A DNA stretch of 64,000 nucleotides, from NCBI GenBank assembly GCA_963836755.1, contig CAWIKF010000003.1:1-64000 (forward strand). Direction: 5' to 3'. The notes beneath the pieces are model-generated. The model did not search any database and was not told the origin of the DNA. It saw only the letters and a program-made list of their open reading frames with translations. Shown here in pieces: positions 1 to 13,003 of the stretch. The translations under genes and the position numbers were made by a program. This DNA is from an uncultured Verrucomicrobiae bacterium (lineage in GTDB: Bacteria; Verrucomicrobiota; Verrucomicrobiia; Chthoniobacterales; Chthoniobacteraceae). The first letter of the stretch is position 1; each line of letters opens with the position of its first letter.

Positions 1-28
1 TGTGGGTTCGATCCCCTCCGCCGGCACC
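1..28 (+). tRNA. 3' part of a tRNA, truncated by the window start (possibly tRNA-Leu)
   Basis: GTGGG-TTCGATC-CCCTC T-arm (one mismatch), then the acceptor 3' strand CGCCGGC, discriminator A and CC. The anticodon lies outside the window, so the isotype is a guess. Confidence 0.75.
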
Positions 29-105
29 GCGTCCAGAGGGACGAAGCCGCTGATTCAAACGAACTGATTTCCTTCCGCAAAACAACTCAACCAACATCAC
101 AAAGA

Positions 106-246
106 ATGACAACTTCACGACTTGCCGCTCTCGGTTATCTTGGATTTCTCGGCTACCTCGGATTCATTCCGGGGCATCAAGGTTTGTTTGGATTCTTCGG
201 CTTCCTTGGCTTCCTCGGCTTTATGCCGCGTCATCGAAAAGCGTAG
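106..246 (+). CDS. 46-aa small hydrophobic protein with G-[FY]-[LF] tripeptide repeats
   Basis: Manual translation: MTTSRLAALGYLGFLGYLGFIPGHQGLFGFFGFLGFLGFMPRHRKA*. It has an A-rich leader, and the repeats vary at synonymous positions. Too short for the ORF track. Confidence 0.7.
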   Translation: MTTSRLAALGYLGFLGYLGFIPGHQGLFGFFGFLGFLGFMPRHRKA

Positions 247-340
247 CGTTGGCTGGTTTTCTCGCGGCGATGGCATGCGGGCGATGATCGGAAAATAAAT
301 TAGCGTTTGCTCCGGGCGCTTGGGGGATTAAGAGAATGCG

Positions 341-1333
341 ATGCAATCTCCCATCAAAGTCGCAGTGACCGGCGCGGCCGGGCAAATCGGGTATCAGCTA
401 CTTTTTCGCATCGCGTCGGGTGCGATGTTCGGGCCGCAGCAACCGGTCGAACTCCATCTCATCGAGATCCCGCAGGCGCTCGGAGCCTTGAATGGCGTGG
501 TGATGGAACTGCACGATTGCGCGTTCCCCTTGCTCCGCGGAATCGTCGCGACGGCCGATCTCGATGAGGGTTTTCGCGGCGTGAATTGGTGCCTGCTCGT
601 CGGCAGCGTCCCGCGCAAGGCCGGGATGGAACGAGGCGATTTGCTCGGCATCAACGGCAAGATTTTCATCGGCCAGGGCCAAGCGATCGAGCGCAACGCG
701 GCGGCCGATGTGCGCGTGCTTGTCGTAGGAAATCCGTGCAATACGAATTGCCTGATCGCGATGAACAATGCGCGTCAAATTCCGCGCGAGCGCTGGTTCG
801 CGATGACGCGACTAGATGAAAACCGGGCGAAGTCGCAACTCGCTCAACGCTCCGGAGTTCATACGACAATGGTCACGAACGTCGCGATCTGGGGCAACCA
901 TTCCGCAACGCAATATCCGGACTTTTACAACGCACAAATCGACGGACGCCCCGCGGTCGACGTCATCGGCGACGACAATTGGTTGAAGGATACTTTCATT
1001 CCAATCGTGCAGCAGCGTGGCGCGGCGATCATCAAAGCGCGCGGCGCATCGAGCGCGGGATCGGCAGCCAACGCGATTGTCGATACGGTGCGCGATCTCG
1101 TGACTCCGACCGCGCCGCGCGATTGGCACAGTGTTGCTGTTTGTTCAACAGGCGAATACGACGTGGACGCCGGCCTCATTTGTTCCTTCCCCATTCGCAG
1201 CGACGGGACGAGCTGGGAAATCGCGAAGTGGGTGGACATCCCGGAATTCGCTCGCTGGAAAATCGACAATAGCGTCACCGAGCTGCGTGAGGAACGCGAG
1301 TTGGTGAAAGAGCTGCTCGGCCCGCAAACTTAG
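341..1333 (+). CDS. mdh: Malate dehydrogenase
   Basis: [42 protein letters not shown] and WGNHS motifs. Confidence 0.97.
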   Translation: MQSPIKVAVTGAAGQIGYQLLFRIASGAMFGPQQPVELHLIEIPQALGALNGVVMELHDCAFPLLRGIVATADLDEGFRGVNWCLLVGSVPRKAGMERGDLLGINGKIFIGQGQAIERNAAADVRVLVVGNPCNTNCLIAMNNARQIPRERWFAMTRLDENRAKSQLAQRSGVHTTMVTNVAIWGNHSATQYPDFYNAQIDGRPAVDVIGDDNWLKDTFIPIVQQRGAAIIKARGASSAGSAANAIVDTVRDLVTPTAPRDWHSVAVCSTGEYDVDAGLICSFPIRSDGTSWEIAKWVDIPEFARWKIDNSVTELREERELVKELLGPQT

Positions 1334-1384
1334 GCGCCACGGGCATTTGACGGCCGCTCGCCGGGCGGCGACACTGGACGCTTC

Positions 1385-2263
1385 ATGCGCACTCTTTGTT
1401 TATTTATTGTTATAACATTGGCGAGCATCGCGGCGCGGGCCTCGCTGCCGATGAACGTCACGTTTAAAGGGAGTGAAAAATTCGTGCGCCTCGTGCAGGA
1501 AGCTTCGGATGAAAACTGGCGCGCGTTGCCGATCGGCGAGCGCACCGCAACCGTCGGGCGCGCGATGGTCGGCACGCCTTACCGCTCCTTCACGCTCGAG
1601 ATTGACGACCGCACCGAATCGCCATCGGTAAATCTCGACGGCCTCGATTGCTGGACTTTTTTTGAAACATCGCTCGCGTTTGCTCGCATGCTCGAAGAGC
1701 CGCGGGAAAACTGGACGCCGGCGACGATGCTTCACTACATCGAGCTCGATCGCTACCGCGACGGCCGCTGCACCGGCGCCTATCTTTCGCGGCTTCACTA
1801 TCTCGAAGACTGGCTTGCAGACAATCAGCGCCGCGGTCTCGTCGCCGATCTGACGCGCAGTCTCGGCGGCGTGAAATGGTCGCACGACGCGCGCGAGATG
1901 AGCGTCGGCTGGCACCAATATCGTTACCTTCGCGCCGATCCGTCGCTTCTGCCGGCACTCGCGGACATGGAGCATCGCGTCAGCTCGCTGCCGCTTTACG
2001 GCATTCCGAAAAATCGCGTAGCGGGCATCGAATCAAAGCTGCGCGATGGAGACATCATCGGCATCATCTCGCGCGACGGCGGCGGACTTTATTCCACGTC
2101 GCACGTCGGTCTCATCAGCCGCGACGGCAGCGGCGTTGCGCATTTCATGCACGCTTCATCGCCGCACCATTACGGCCGCGTTGTCCTCGACACACGGCTC
2201 TCGCAGTATCTCGCAAAATTCCACACTGACGTTGCGATCATGGTCGCGAGGCCGCTTCATTAA
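1385..2263 (+). CDS. DUF1460 / AmiA-like NlpC/P60-fold N-acetylmuramoyl-L-alanine amidase, secreted
   Basis: Signal peptide; GTPY, LDCWTF, RY...RLHY, GDII...SHVG and HASS motifs. Confidence 0.85.
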   Translation: MRTLCLFIVITLASIAARASLPMNVTFKGSEKFVRLVQEASDENWRALPIGERTATVGRAMVGTPYRSFTLEIDDRTESPSVNLDGLDCWTFFETSLAFARMLEEPRENWTPATMLHYIELDRYRDGRCTGAYLSRLHYLEDWLADNQRRGLVADLTRSLGGVKWSHDAREMSVGWHQYRYLRADPSLLPALADMEHRVSSLPLYGIPKNRVAGIESKLRDGDIIGIISRDGGGLYSTSHVGLISRDGSGVAHFMHASSPHHYGRVVLDTRLSQYLAKFHTDVAIMVARPLH

Positions 2264-2282
2264 AAGGCGCGCGAGAAATCAG

Positions 2283-4871
<2,589 letters not shown>

Positions 4872-4904
4872 TCAGCCAGCGCTGTTGACTGAAACCGCTG
4901 CGCG

Positions 4905-6182
4905 TCAAAGTTCGTCGCCGATCACCGTTTGCAGACAAACGGTGAAAGTAGAGCCCTGCCCAACCTTTGTGTGAAGGTGAATACCGCCCTGCGCTTCTTT
5001 AACTAGACGTTTAACAATCGAAAGGCCGAGGCCCGTTCCCTTGTCCACCGACTTTGTGGTGAACTGCGTCTCGAACATTCTCGCCAGAATTTCCGGCGGG
5101 ATGCCAGGACCGTTGTCCTGGACCGAGAGCGCGAGCACGGGAGCGCGATTGAGAAATCCGTCGCGATTAATGAACCGCTCCTCCGAATGGTCCTGGAATT
5201 GATTGAGGTCGAGTGCGTAGATCAGCCGCTGCGCCCGGATCTCGACACGATGCGGCTTGTCGGTCGATTGCAGCGCATTGATCGTGAGGTTGAGTAAAAT
5301 TTGCAGCAAGTCGGTGCCGTTGATTTCGGCGAAAACATCTTCTGCCAATTCGTGAATCGTCAGTTCGTTCCCGTGCGTCGCAGGATGGCGGACGAGCAGT
5401 TCCTTCAAATCGCTGAGGATTTGATTGACGCCGACGCGCGTGGATGCTGCCGCGCCTTCATGCAAAAATGAAAGGTAGCGGCGAGAAATTTCAAAGCAGC
5501 GTCCGACCTGCCCGGTCAATTTGTTGAGGTCGCCCTTGATTGACTGGAGCTGCTCGCCATCGACGCTCGCGGCATTTTCGATGGAGCGGTTGATGATCTC
5601 GATGAATCCGGAAATCACCGTGAGCGGGCCATTGATATCGTGCAGCACGCTCGCGTAAATCTCGCCCTTCGCGCGGATCATTTCCTCCTTCTCTTTTTGA
5701 TCTTCGATTTCTTTTTGCAGCGCGTGAAGCGTCTGATTCGTGCTTTGAAGATTGATCGCGATCTGATGCTTTTCGCGCGCGCGCGCCACGGCGGCGCGCA
5801 TCGTTGGGATATCGAATGGTTTGTTTAAATAATCGCAAGCACCGTATCGCAACGCCTGCCGAGCCGTGTCGATCGTTTCATACGCGGTCAGCATGATGAT
5901 TTCGATCGTCGGATTCAGTTCCTTGAGGCGCCTGAGCACTTCCACTCCCGACATTCCCGCCATCAAAATATCGAGGATCGCTACGTCGATCGTGTTTTGT
6001 TTCGCATGCTCGAGCGCCTGGTTTCCATCGCTCGCGAGCAGGACGTTGTATTCGTCCTTAAAAATGATTTTGACTGACTGGCGAGGCCCTTCCTCGTCGT
6101 CGACGACGAGCAGAATCGGACGCGAACCGGCAGGCGCTGCGCTGTTTTTAGAAATGGTATCCAACGGAGAGTGTGACGGCAT
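4905..6182 (-). CDS. Hybrid response regulator / histidine kinase (REC-HisKA-HATPase), cytoplasmic
   Basis: LVVDDE, AILDILM and KPF receiver motifs; LHDINGPL H-box; NLTINA, DNGPG and GTGLGL boxes. Confidence 0.92.
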   Translation of the reverse strand: MPSHSPLDTISKNSAAPAGSRPILLVVDDEEGPRQSVKIIFKDEYNVLLASDGNQALEHAKQNTIDVAILDILMAGMSGVEVLRRLKELNPTIEIIMLTAYETIDTARQALRYGACDYLNKPFDIPTMRAAVARAREKHQIAINLQSTNQTLHALQKEIEDQKEKEEMIRAKGEIYASVLHDINGPLTVISGFIEIINRSIENAASVDGEQLQSIKGDLNKLTGQVGRCFEISRRYLSFLHEGAAASTRVGVNQILSDLKELLVRHPATHGNELTIHELAEDVFAEINGTDLLQILLNLTINALQSTDKPHRVEIRAQRLIYALDLNQFQDHSEERFINRDGFLNRAPVLALSVQDNGPGIPPEILARMFETQFTTKSVDKGTGLGLSIVKRLVKEAQGGIHLHTKVGQGSTFTVCLQTVIGDEL

Positions 6183-7512
6183 GACTTAAAAAAGTGTAGC
6201 GCCCATCTGCAAGGGTATTGTTATCGATCGTGCGCGCGGGCCCATAGGAGAGCTGATAAGCCAGATCCCAGCTGAAATTGTGCACGGCCTGGCCGACGCC
6301 GGCGCTGAAAATGTGGCGATTGGAATCCGGCACCTGCGGATTGAAGCTACTGCTCGGCACGGAATTTTCGCTGTAGGCGTAGCCGGCGCTCGCGTGCAAA
6401 CCTTTCCATTGGAAATCGTGTGTGACACCGAACTCAAAGATCCACGAGTGCTTCCAATTGAAGGGCAAATTTACGTTGCCGTTGGTCTGCTGATGCAGTG
6501 TGACATCATTTAACACATCCCAATCCGTCCAGTCGACGTCGGCTTCAAAATTCCACTGCGGCGTCGGCCGAAACGAGTAGCCAAATACGGCAAACTGCGG
6601 AAAGTGAAAATTTGCATCCGCATCTTCCTCCGGAAATGATGTCGGCACGCTGGCGATCGGCTGCGTCGGCAAACCGTTTGCAGCCAGGATCGCATCTTGA
6701 ACTGAGCGCGGGAGCGGCAGGGCGCGGATCGAGCGAATGGCATTGTTAGCGGTGCGGATCTGGCTGTTTACTTTGTTCGCAGCGTTGATTTGCTTGTCCG
6801 AGAGATGGGCGTTCGAGTGTCCACTGAAATCGATCGCGACGCCGCTGTGATAACTCAAGCCGAATGAATGCTGCGGCGTCGGCTGCCAAAGCACGCCAGC
6901 ATTGAAGCCAACGGCGGTGCCGTCGCCTTTGAACCCAAACAAATTTCCTCTACCATTCAAGAAAGAGGCCGATGCGGGAAACGCAATCCCTCGCTCCAAA
7001 TCCGCCTGCGCCTGGTCAATCGTCAGGCCGACCGCCACGGAAAAAGTCCGCGACACTTGCACGGCGATCACGGGATTCACCGTCAAAAATTCAATTTTCC
7101 CGTATTCGGCTAAAGTGCGAAACGGCACGGTGTCCGGATAACGGAGTTCCAATCCGTAAGGCGAGTAAACGCCGAGGCCCAATGTGATCGGCCCATCGTG
7201 CGGTTTATAAGTGGCGTAGAGCTGAGGCAGGAAGAGCGCCTTTTCTTCAGAGTCGAAACCATCGCCATCTTTCGGTGAAACATGCACGTCCAGACCGATG
7301 CCATACACGCCAACCCGTGCTTGAAATCCATCGAGCTGTGTGATGCCGGCGGGGTTGTAATAAATCGCCGACGGATTGTCGGCAGTCGCAGTGAACGCAT
7401 CGCCGCGCGCCGTGGCTGCTGCGTCCTGATCGACCAAGCGGACCCCGAGCGCGAAGGCTATGGAAGGAAGAAGGAGCGCGATGGCGGCAAAAAAGGCAGA
7501 CTTAAATTTCAT
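6148..7512 (-). CDS. FadL/OmpP1 family outer-membrane transporter for hydrophobic compounds
   Basis: Signal peptide, DNPSAIYYNPAG hatch motif, SPYGL, PDSNR, amphipathic beta strands and C-terminal Phe. Confidence 0.9.
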   Translation of the reverse strand: MKFKSAFFAAIALLLPSIAFALGVRLVDQDAAATARGDAFTATADNPSAIYYNPAGITQLDGFQARVGVYGIGLDVHVSPKDGDGFDSEEKALFLPQLYATYKPHDGPITLGLGVYSPYGLELRYPDTVPFRTLAEYGKIEFLTVNPVIAVQVSRTFSVAVGLTIDQAQADLERGIAFPASASFLNGRGNLFGFKGDGTAVGFNAGVLWQPTPQHSFGLSYHSGVAIDFSGHSNAHLSDKQINAANKVNSQIRTANNAIRSIRALPLPRSVQDAILAANGLPTQPIASVPTSFPEEDADANFHFPQFAVFGYSFRPTPQWNFEADVDWTDWDVLNDVTLHQQTNGNVNLPFNWKHSWIFEFGVTHDFQWKGLHASAGYAYSENSVPSSSFNPQVPDSNRHIFSAGVGQAVHNFSWDLAYQLSYGPARTIDNNTLADGRYTFLSHAVTLSVGYHF

Positions 7513-7566
7513 GTGATTTTTCGGATTTAGCATGTCCAACGTCTGGGGAACAACTTTTAAATTTAG

Positions 7567-9579
7567 TTAATTATGAGCAATGAGCGGCAGTGAAATGCGC
7601 ACCACGCCCGGTCCCCGATCGTTCGCTTGAATTTCCATTTTTCCAAAATGATCCTCAATGATTTTCCGCGTGACGGTCAGGCCGAGACCGAGTCCGACGT
7701 TGCGCGTTGAGAAGAAAGGTTCGGAGGCTTTTTCAGCCGTCTCCCGCGTGAAACCCGCGCCGGTGTCGTGCACTTCCACACGCAAAGCCGGTTTGCTGCC
7801 GCTTCCGTCCTCGGTGACGCGCACCACCACGTTCGGGTCGGTCGGGTTCGCCTGCAGCGCATTCAAAATCACTTCGCAAAAAGCGTGGCGCAGCGCTTTT
7901 TTGTCGCCGGCGATCATCCACGCCTCGCCGCTTTTCGTCGGTTCGGACTCGGGCACATGGCCGTTGTGATACGTGTAGGCCTCGCGGAACGCCTCCGAGA
8001 TTAATTCCGAGACGCGGATGTGATCGCCAAAATCGGTTTTCCCGCGCGCAAGAAACATCATCTGGTTCGACAGCCGCGAAATGCGTTTTACCCCGCTGGA
8101 AAGCGCCAGCGAGAGCGATTGCTGAAACTCCGGATCCTCGCCTTTTTCGAGCAGCAATTGCTGGTGCGTGGAAATCGGCACGACGGAATTTCCAATCTCG
8201 TGCGCGAGATGCTCCGCCATCGCGGTGATCAAACGCAGGCTCGAAGTTTCGATCTCGAGCCGCTGCGCCTTTTCCATCTGCGTGATGTCCTCGATGATCA
8301 GCAGCGCCGCATTTGGATTCGCGGAATTCTGGGTGCGAAACGGCGAGATCGTGACTTGAAAAGTGATCTCCGGCAGTGCGGGCGATTGATATTTAAATGG
8401 CGGCAGCCCTGTTCCCGTCTTCATCACCGTGAAAAGGCGGCTGCCCAACTCTTGCGGCAAATCCGCGAACTCGATCTGAAGCTTGCCGCCTTTGTTGCTG
8501 AGAAAAATCCGGCGCGCCGATGCGTTCGCGTGGAGCATCGAGAGACTCGAGCTCACCACGATGCAGCCGCTCCCGAGCGTGCCGAGAATGTCAGCGACCA
8601 TACCGTGATTCGCGACGAGTTGATCGTGCAACCATGAGTTTCGGATCGCGAGTCCGACCTCCTCGAGCATGTGGAAAATCAGCGCGAGCTCTTCGTTTGC
8701 ATACGGTTCGCCTGTTAAACGCTCGTCAAACACAGCGACGCCGATCAAGGTTTCGCGATCGAGGATCGGAATCGCGACCTGCGCGCCGAGCAATTGGAAT
8801 TCCTTCACGATCTCGCGGTTCGATTGCGCCTCGGGACTCGTCGCTTTCAAGATGCGACCCTGCCGCCGCAGACACGCGCCAATGCCGGCGCCCAGCGAGA
8901 GTGCAAAGTGCTCAAGAAAACTTTGCTCCAGGCCGATCGCACACGCCGAGCGGAGCCAGCGATCCTCCTGCGAGTGCGCGCTTTCGCTGAGCAGGCTGGC
9001 CGGCTTGCGGAGAAAAATTACGGCGCGATTGACTCCGATGATTTCGCGGAGCAGCAGCAGAAATTGTTTCAGCAGTGCCTCTGGATTCAGCGAGTGAATC
9101 AGCACGCTAGAAAAATTCCGAAGCGCTTCCAGCGCGCGAAAATGATCCGTCTGCGTTTGCATCTGGCGCGAAGGCAGCAGCGCCTGCTCCGGCATCGAGG
9201 CGACACGACTTTTCTGATCGTGCTCCGCGAAGGAGCGATCGAGCAAATTCCCGAGAAGTTTGCCGCGCACCGGTTTCGCGACGACATGCGAAACGCCCAG
9301 AAGATACGCGTCCTCCTCCCATTCCCATTGTTTGTCGCCTGTGTAAACAACGATCGGAGCTTGCGGCGCCGCCTGGCGCACCTGCTCGATTGCCCGGACC
9401 GCGCGCACATCGGTCAGCTCGACGTCCAGGATCACCGCGTCGATCGCGCCGCGAGTGAGCAGCGACTCGGCTTCCCAGATATTTTCCTTTGCGATGAACT
9501 GAAACTTTTCTGCATCCAGCGACGCCTCGATGGACGCCGCAAACTGCGGCTGCTTCGTTAAAATCAAGAGCGTCCTCAT
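7567..9579 (-). CDS. Multidomain sensor histidine kinase (atypical REC, GAF, PAS, HisKA, HATPase)
   Basis: AVILDVEL and AKP receiver motifs without the N-terminal acidic pair; GAF region; AHEIGNS H-box; NALQA, DTGAG and GLGLGL boxes. Start 9579 overlaps the upstream stop (ATGA). Confidence 0.88.
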   Translation of the reverse strand: MRTLLILTKQPQFAASIEASLDAEKFQFIAKENIWEAESLLTRGAIDAVILDVELTDVRAVRAIEQVRQAAPQAPIVVYTGDKQWEWEEDAYLLGVSHVVAKPVRGKLLGNLLDRSFAEHDQKSRVASMPEQALLPSRQMQTQTDHFRALEALRNFSSVLIHSLNPEALLKQFLLLLREIIGVNRAVIFLRKPASLLSESAHSQEDRWLRSACAIGLEQSFLEHFALSLGAGIGACLRRQGRILKATSPEAQSNREIVKEFQLLGAQVAIPILDRETLIGVAVFDERLTGEPYANEELALIFHMLEEVGLAIRNSWLHDQLVANHGMVADILGTLGSGCIVVSSSLSMLHANASARRIFLSNKGGKLQIEFADLPQELGSRLFTVMKTGTGLPPFKYQSPALPEITFQVTISPFRTQNSANPNAALLIIEDITQMEKAQRLEIETSSLRLITAMAEHLAHEIGNSVVPISTHQQLLLEKGEDPEFQQSLSLALSSGVKRISRLSNQMMFLARGKTDFGDHIRVSELISEAFREAYTYHNGHVPESEPTKSGEAWMIAGDKKALRHAFCEVILNALQANPTDPNVVVRVTEDGSGSKPALRVEVHDTGAGFTRETAEKASEPFFSTRNVGLGLGLTVTRKIIEDHFGKMEIQANDRGPGVVRISLPLIAHN

Positions 9580-11732
9580 ATGGTCATGACAGGCGCAGCA
9601 GGCTGCTTGATTTGTCGGCTGGGCAAATCGATTTGCACGGTGGTTCCTTTGCCCAGTTGACTGAAAATATTCAAGTTTCCGCCATGCAGGTTGACGATTT
9701 TTCGGCAAATGGCGAGTCCCAAGCCAAAGCCGCGATCCTGGTCGCCGCGATCCTTCGTCGTGAAATATGGAGTGAAAATTCGGTTGAGATTTTCTTGTTT
9801 GATTCCCTCGCCAGAATCGATCACGCGCACACGCAGCCAATCGCGGTGGACTTCTGTTTTTAACAATCGCACCAGCTCAACGCGAATGGTCGAGCGTGGT
9901 GGCGATGCGTCGCTCGCGTTCGCGATGATGTTCGCGATGAGGCGCTGCATGAGCACCTCGTCCATCTCCACCAAAACTTCGCCCGGGGTGTCGGTGACGA
10001 CGTTGATTTCCTTCGCGGCGCGGCGCGCAGTGGTAATGTCGACCGCCTGCGTGATCTGCATGTCGAGCCGGCCGAGCTGAAAATCGGGCCGCAAATTTTC
10101 CGAGAAAAAGAGCGATTCGCGAATGTAGGCGCGCATCGTTTTTAAATTCCGAAGCGCGACGGGAAGCAGCTCATCGCTGATATCTTCGTGCGAAACGCCC
10201 TCGGTGACGAGCTGCAACAATGTCCAAATCGGCGTTAACAAATTGTTGAGGTCATGCGCCATACCGCGCGACATGCGACCGAGCAGTTCGAGCTCCTGCG
10301 CCTGCTGGATTTGGTTTTTCAACCGGATCTGGTTGATCATCAGGCTGAGGTTTTTGACGAGCTTCACCATCAAGCTGATGTCCGTCGCGGTGTAAGGATC
10401 CTCGCTGGTTTTTTCGCCCAGGAGCATCAGCCCGAATGGCTCGTCATCGGAGAGAAATGGAAAGCAGAATTCCGCGCGAAAATGTTGGAGTGATTCGCGC
10501 GATTCGCGCTCGAGTTTCGTCTGGCCCGGGGCGCCATAGAGCAGGTTAAATGCAAGATATTCGGCGCCGCTTTCCTGAAAATAGCGAAACACGGGCGAGT
10601 CGGTGTGCAGGTCGGGCAACTGCTCCTGCGCACGCTCCGGGAAGGAGCGAAACACGACGAAAACACGCGTCGTTTCATCGAGAAGAATGATCTCGTAATT
10701 GCGGACGCGCACGGTTTTCGTCAGCAGTTCATCGAGATCGGCGAGCAGCAGATTGCGGTCGCTATACCACTGCATCGACGTGATGAAGTTTTGAATTTTG
10801 TCGTGATACTCGAAGCGGTCGCCGAGAATCCGGCGCTCGATCCCCTCGCCGCTTTGCCCGAACAAACGCGGAAAAAAAACCGACGCGAGGACCGCGCTGA
10901 TGAGCAGCACGCCGAGCGCGCAGACGAATGAAAGCCAGTTAAACGTCCCGTCCGGGACGACAAAGACCATGATGAGCAAAAGCACCAGGCCGATCATCGT
11001 CATGAAGGCGAGCCTGATGCCGTGCGCGATCACGCGGCTGAGCGCGACCTGCACATCGAGCAATTGATGCTGAAGTGCGCTGTAGCCTACGAGCAGTCCG
11101 TAGCCAATGGCGGCGAGACTTCCAAACGGGAAAATATTGAAGTGAAAAAACGGATAATGATAGATGCCGAGGATCGGCAGAATGTCGTTGACGCCAAAGA
11201 TAACGAGCGTTCCGCATGCCCAGATCAGCGACTTGATGCGGACGCGGTGCAATGGCGGCACAAGCTTTAGCTTTTGGTAAAGCAGCACCATCGCGAACGT
11301 CGTGAGGAACGCGTAGGAGACGGTGAAAACCCAAAAGCCGGGGCCGGCGTCCGAGTAAAAAGCGTAGCCCGCGTCGTGAACGCCGGAGATAAACCATCCG
11401 CTCAGATCCGAAACTGCCAGCGCGACTTGAAAGGCATACATCAGCCGCAGCAGGCGCGGCATGGAAATTTGCGCGATCAGCAGGCAGAGATGGAAGAGTG
11501 CGATCGGTAGAAAAATGACGCCGAGCTGAAGGATGGTCGCACAGATCCGCGCCGTCCCCGGATCCTCGATCCGGAACATGAAAAGCGTGCCGAGATTCCA
11601 GACGACGATGGATACGCCCCATAAAAGATAGACGCGTGAAAGCGTGGACTTGAGCCCGCGCGTCATCACAAACAGCGTCAACGCAAGATTGACGACCGCG
11701 GCAGTCAGTGGGATCAGCTCGGCAAACTTCAT
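9576..11732 (-). CDS. Membrane sensor histidine kinase (multi-TM HisKA_7TM-like input, GAF, HisKA, HATPase)
   Basis: About 9 hydrophobic helices in the first ~290 aa, then GAF, AHDLNNLL H-box, and NASDA, DSGEG and GFGLGL boxes. Confidence 0.9.
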   Translation of the reverse strand: MKFAELIPLTAAVVNLALTLFVMTRGLKSTLSRVYLLWGVSIVVWNLGTLFMFRIEDPGTARICATILQLGVIFLPIALFHLCLLIAQISMPRLLRLMYAFQVALAVSDLSGWFISGVHDAGYAFYSDAGPGFWVFTVSYAFLTTFAMVLLYQKLKLVPPLHRVRIKSLIWACGTLVIFGVNDILPILGIYHYPFFHFNIFPFGSLAAIGYGLLVGYSALQHQLLDVQVALSRVIAHGIRLAFMTMIGLVLLLIMVFVVPDGTFNWLSFVCALGVLLISAVLASVFFPRLFGQSGEGIERRILGDRFEYHDKIQNFITSMQWYSDRNLLLADLDELLTKTVRVRNYEIILLDETTRVFVVFRSFPERAQEQLPDLHTDSPVFRYFQESGAEYLAFNLLYGAPGQTKLERESRESLQHFRAEFCFPFLSDDEPFGLMLLGEKTSEDPYTATDISLMVKLVKNLSLMINQIRLKNQIQQAQELELLGRMSRGMAHDLNNLLTPIWTLLQLVTEGVSHEDISDELLPVALRNLKTMRAYIRESLFFSENLRPDFQLGRLDMQITQAVDITTARRAAKEINVVTDTPGEVLVEMDEVLMQRLIANIIANASDASPPRSTIRVELVRLLKTEVHRDWLRVRVIDSGEGIKQENLNRIFTPYFTTKDRGDQDRGFGLGLAICRKIVNLHGGNLNIFSQLGKGTTVQIDLPSRQIKQPAAPVMTI

Positions 11733-13003
11733 CCGTCGAACTTTTTCAGGATCAAGCAGGAGTTTTTCCCACCGAAACCGACGCTGATGTTCATCGCGGC
11801 GCGCAACGGATACGGCCGCGACTTTTGCGGCACATAATCGAGATCACAGCCATCGGCCGGCGTGGAAAAGTTCACCGTCGGCGGGATTTCGCTGTTCGCG
11901 ATGGCGAGCGCGCAGACACAAGTTTCCAAAGCGCCGGCGGCAGCGAGCAAATGTCCGGTGACGGGTTTTGTGGAGCTGATCGCGATGTTGTAGGCGTGCG
12001 TGCCGAAAACTTTTTTGATGGCTAGCGTCTCGACGAGATCATTCATCTCCGTCGCGGTTCCATGGACGTTGATGTAGTCAATTTCCGTGGGATGGACATG
12101 CGCGCCGCGCAGCGCTTTTTCCAGCGCGCGCTGCATTCCGATGCCGTCCGGATGCGGCGCGACCGAATGATACGCCTCGCAAGCGCGCCCGTGGCCGGTG
12201 ACCTCGGCGTAAATTTTCGCGCCGCGGGCGAGTGCGTGGGAAAGTTCCTCGAGCACAACAAAGGCAGCGCCTTCGCCGAGAAGAAAGCCGTCGCGCGTTT
12301 TATCGAAAGGCCGCATCGATTCCTTCGGCGTATCGTTGCGCATCGTCATCACGCGCATGAGGCAAAACGCGCCGAACAATGGCGCGAGCAGCGGCGCTTC
12401 CGTCCCGCCGGCAATCATCACATCGACCTCATCGTGTCGGATGAGCCCCGACGCGTAGCCCATCACGTCATTGCCAGACGCGCTGCCGGAGCTGTAGCTG
12501 ACCGCGAGGCCGTGAATGCCGAGCTCGAGCGCGATCTCGCCGCTGCCGCCGCCGCAATACGCATTGATCAGCGTGAAGGGGCTCATCGACCGGTAGCCCT
12601 TTTCATAAAAGGCCGACTGACCTTTGAATGAACTCTCCATCCCGCTCACCGACGTCGCCTCGACGACGCCGATTCGGTCAGCGTCGAGCCGCTTCACATC
12701 GAGCGCTGCGTCTTTGATCGCGGACATTGACGCCGCGATTCCGTATTGCGCGGAGAGATCGAAGCGGCGGCCTTTTTTCGGATCGGTGTAGTCGCCGATG
12801 TTGAAACCTTTTACCTCGGCCGCGATTTTGTTTGGCAGTTTCCCTACATCAAATCGCGTCACTCCCGCGGCCGCGCTTTCGCCGAGCCGAATGCTGTCCC
12901 AGAAGGTTGTTAAATTTTTCCCGTTCGGCGCGACAACGCCTATGCCCGTGATGACGACTCGCCGCGATCCATTGCCATTGCCGTTGCCTAAATGATTCGC
13001 CAT
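11729..13003 (-). CDS. Beta-ketoacyl-ACP synthase family protein (FabF/KS-alpha-like) with catalytic Cys replaced by Ser
   Basis: RRVVITGIG, RPFD..RDGF.LGEGA, YINVHGTAT, TKPVTGH and GFGGKN. The active-site loop reads SSGSASG instead of TACxSG. Confidence 0.92.
   Translation of the reverse strand: MANHLGNGNGNGSRRVVITGIGVVAPNGKNLTTFWDSIRLGESAAAGVTRFDVGKLPNKIAAEVKGFNIGDYTDPKKGRRFDLSAQYGIAASMSAIKDAALDVKRLDADRIGVVEATSVSGMESSFKGQSAFYEKGYRSMSPFTLINAYCGGGSGEIALELGIHGLAVSYSSGSASGNDVMGYASGLIRHDEVDVMIAGGTEAPLLAPLFGAFCLMRVMTMRNDTPKESMRPFDKTRDGFLLGEGAAFVVLEELSHALARGAKIYAEVTGHGRACEAYHSVAPHPDGIGMQRALEKALRGAHVHPTEIDYINVHGTATEMNDLVETLAIKKVFGTHAYNIAISSTKPVTGHLLAAAGALETCVCALAIANSEIPPTVNFSTPADGCDLDYVPQKSRPYPLRAAMNISVGFGGKNSCLILKKFDG

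Noticed and set aside
1..340. Integrative element at the tRNA 3' end
   Set aside because: No integrase, no second copy of the tRNA end noticed in the window, and housekeeping mdh follows immediately.
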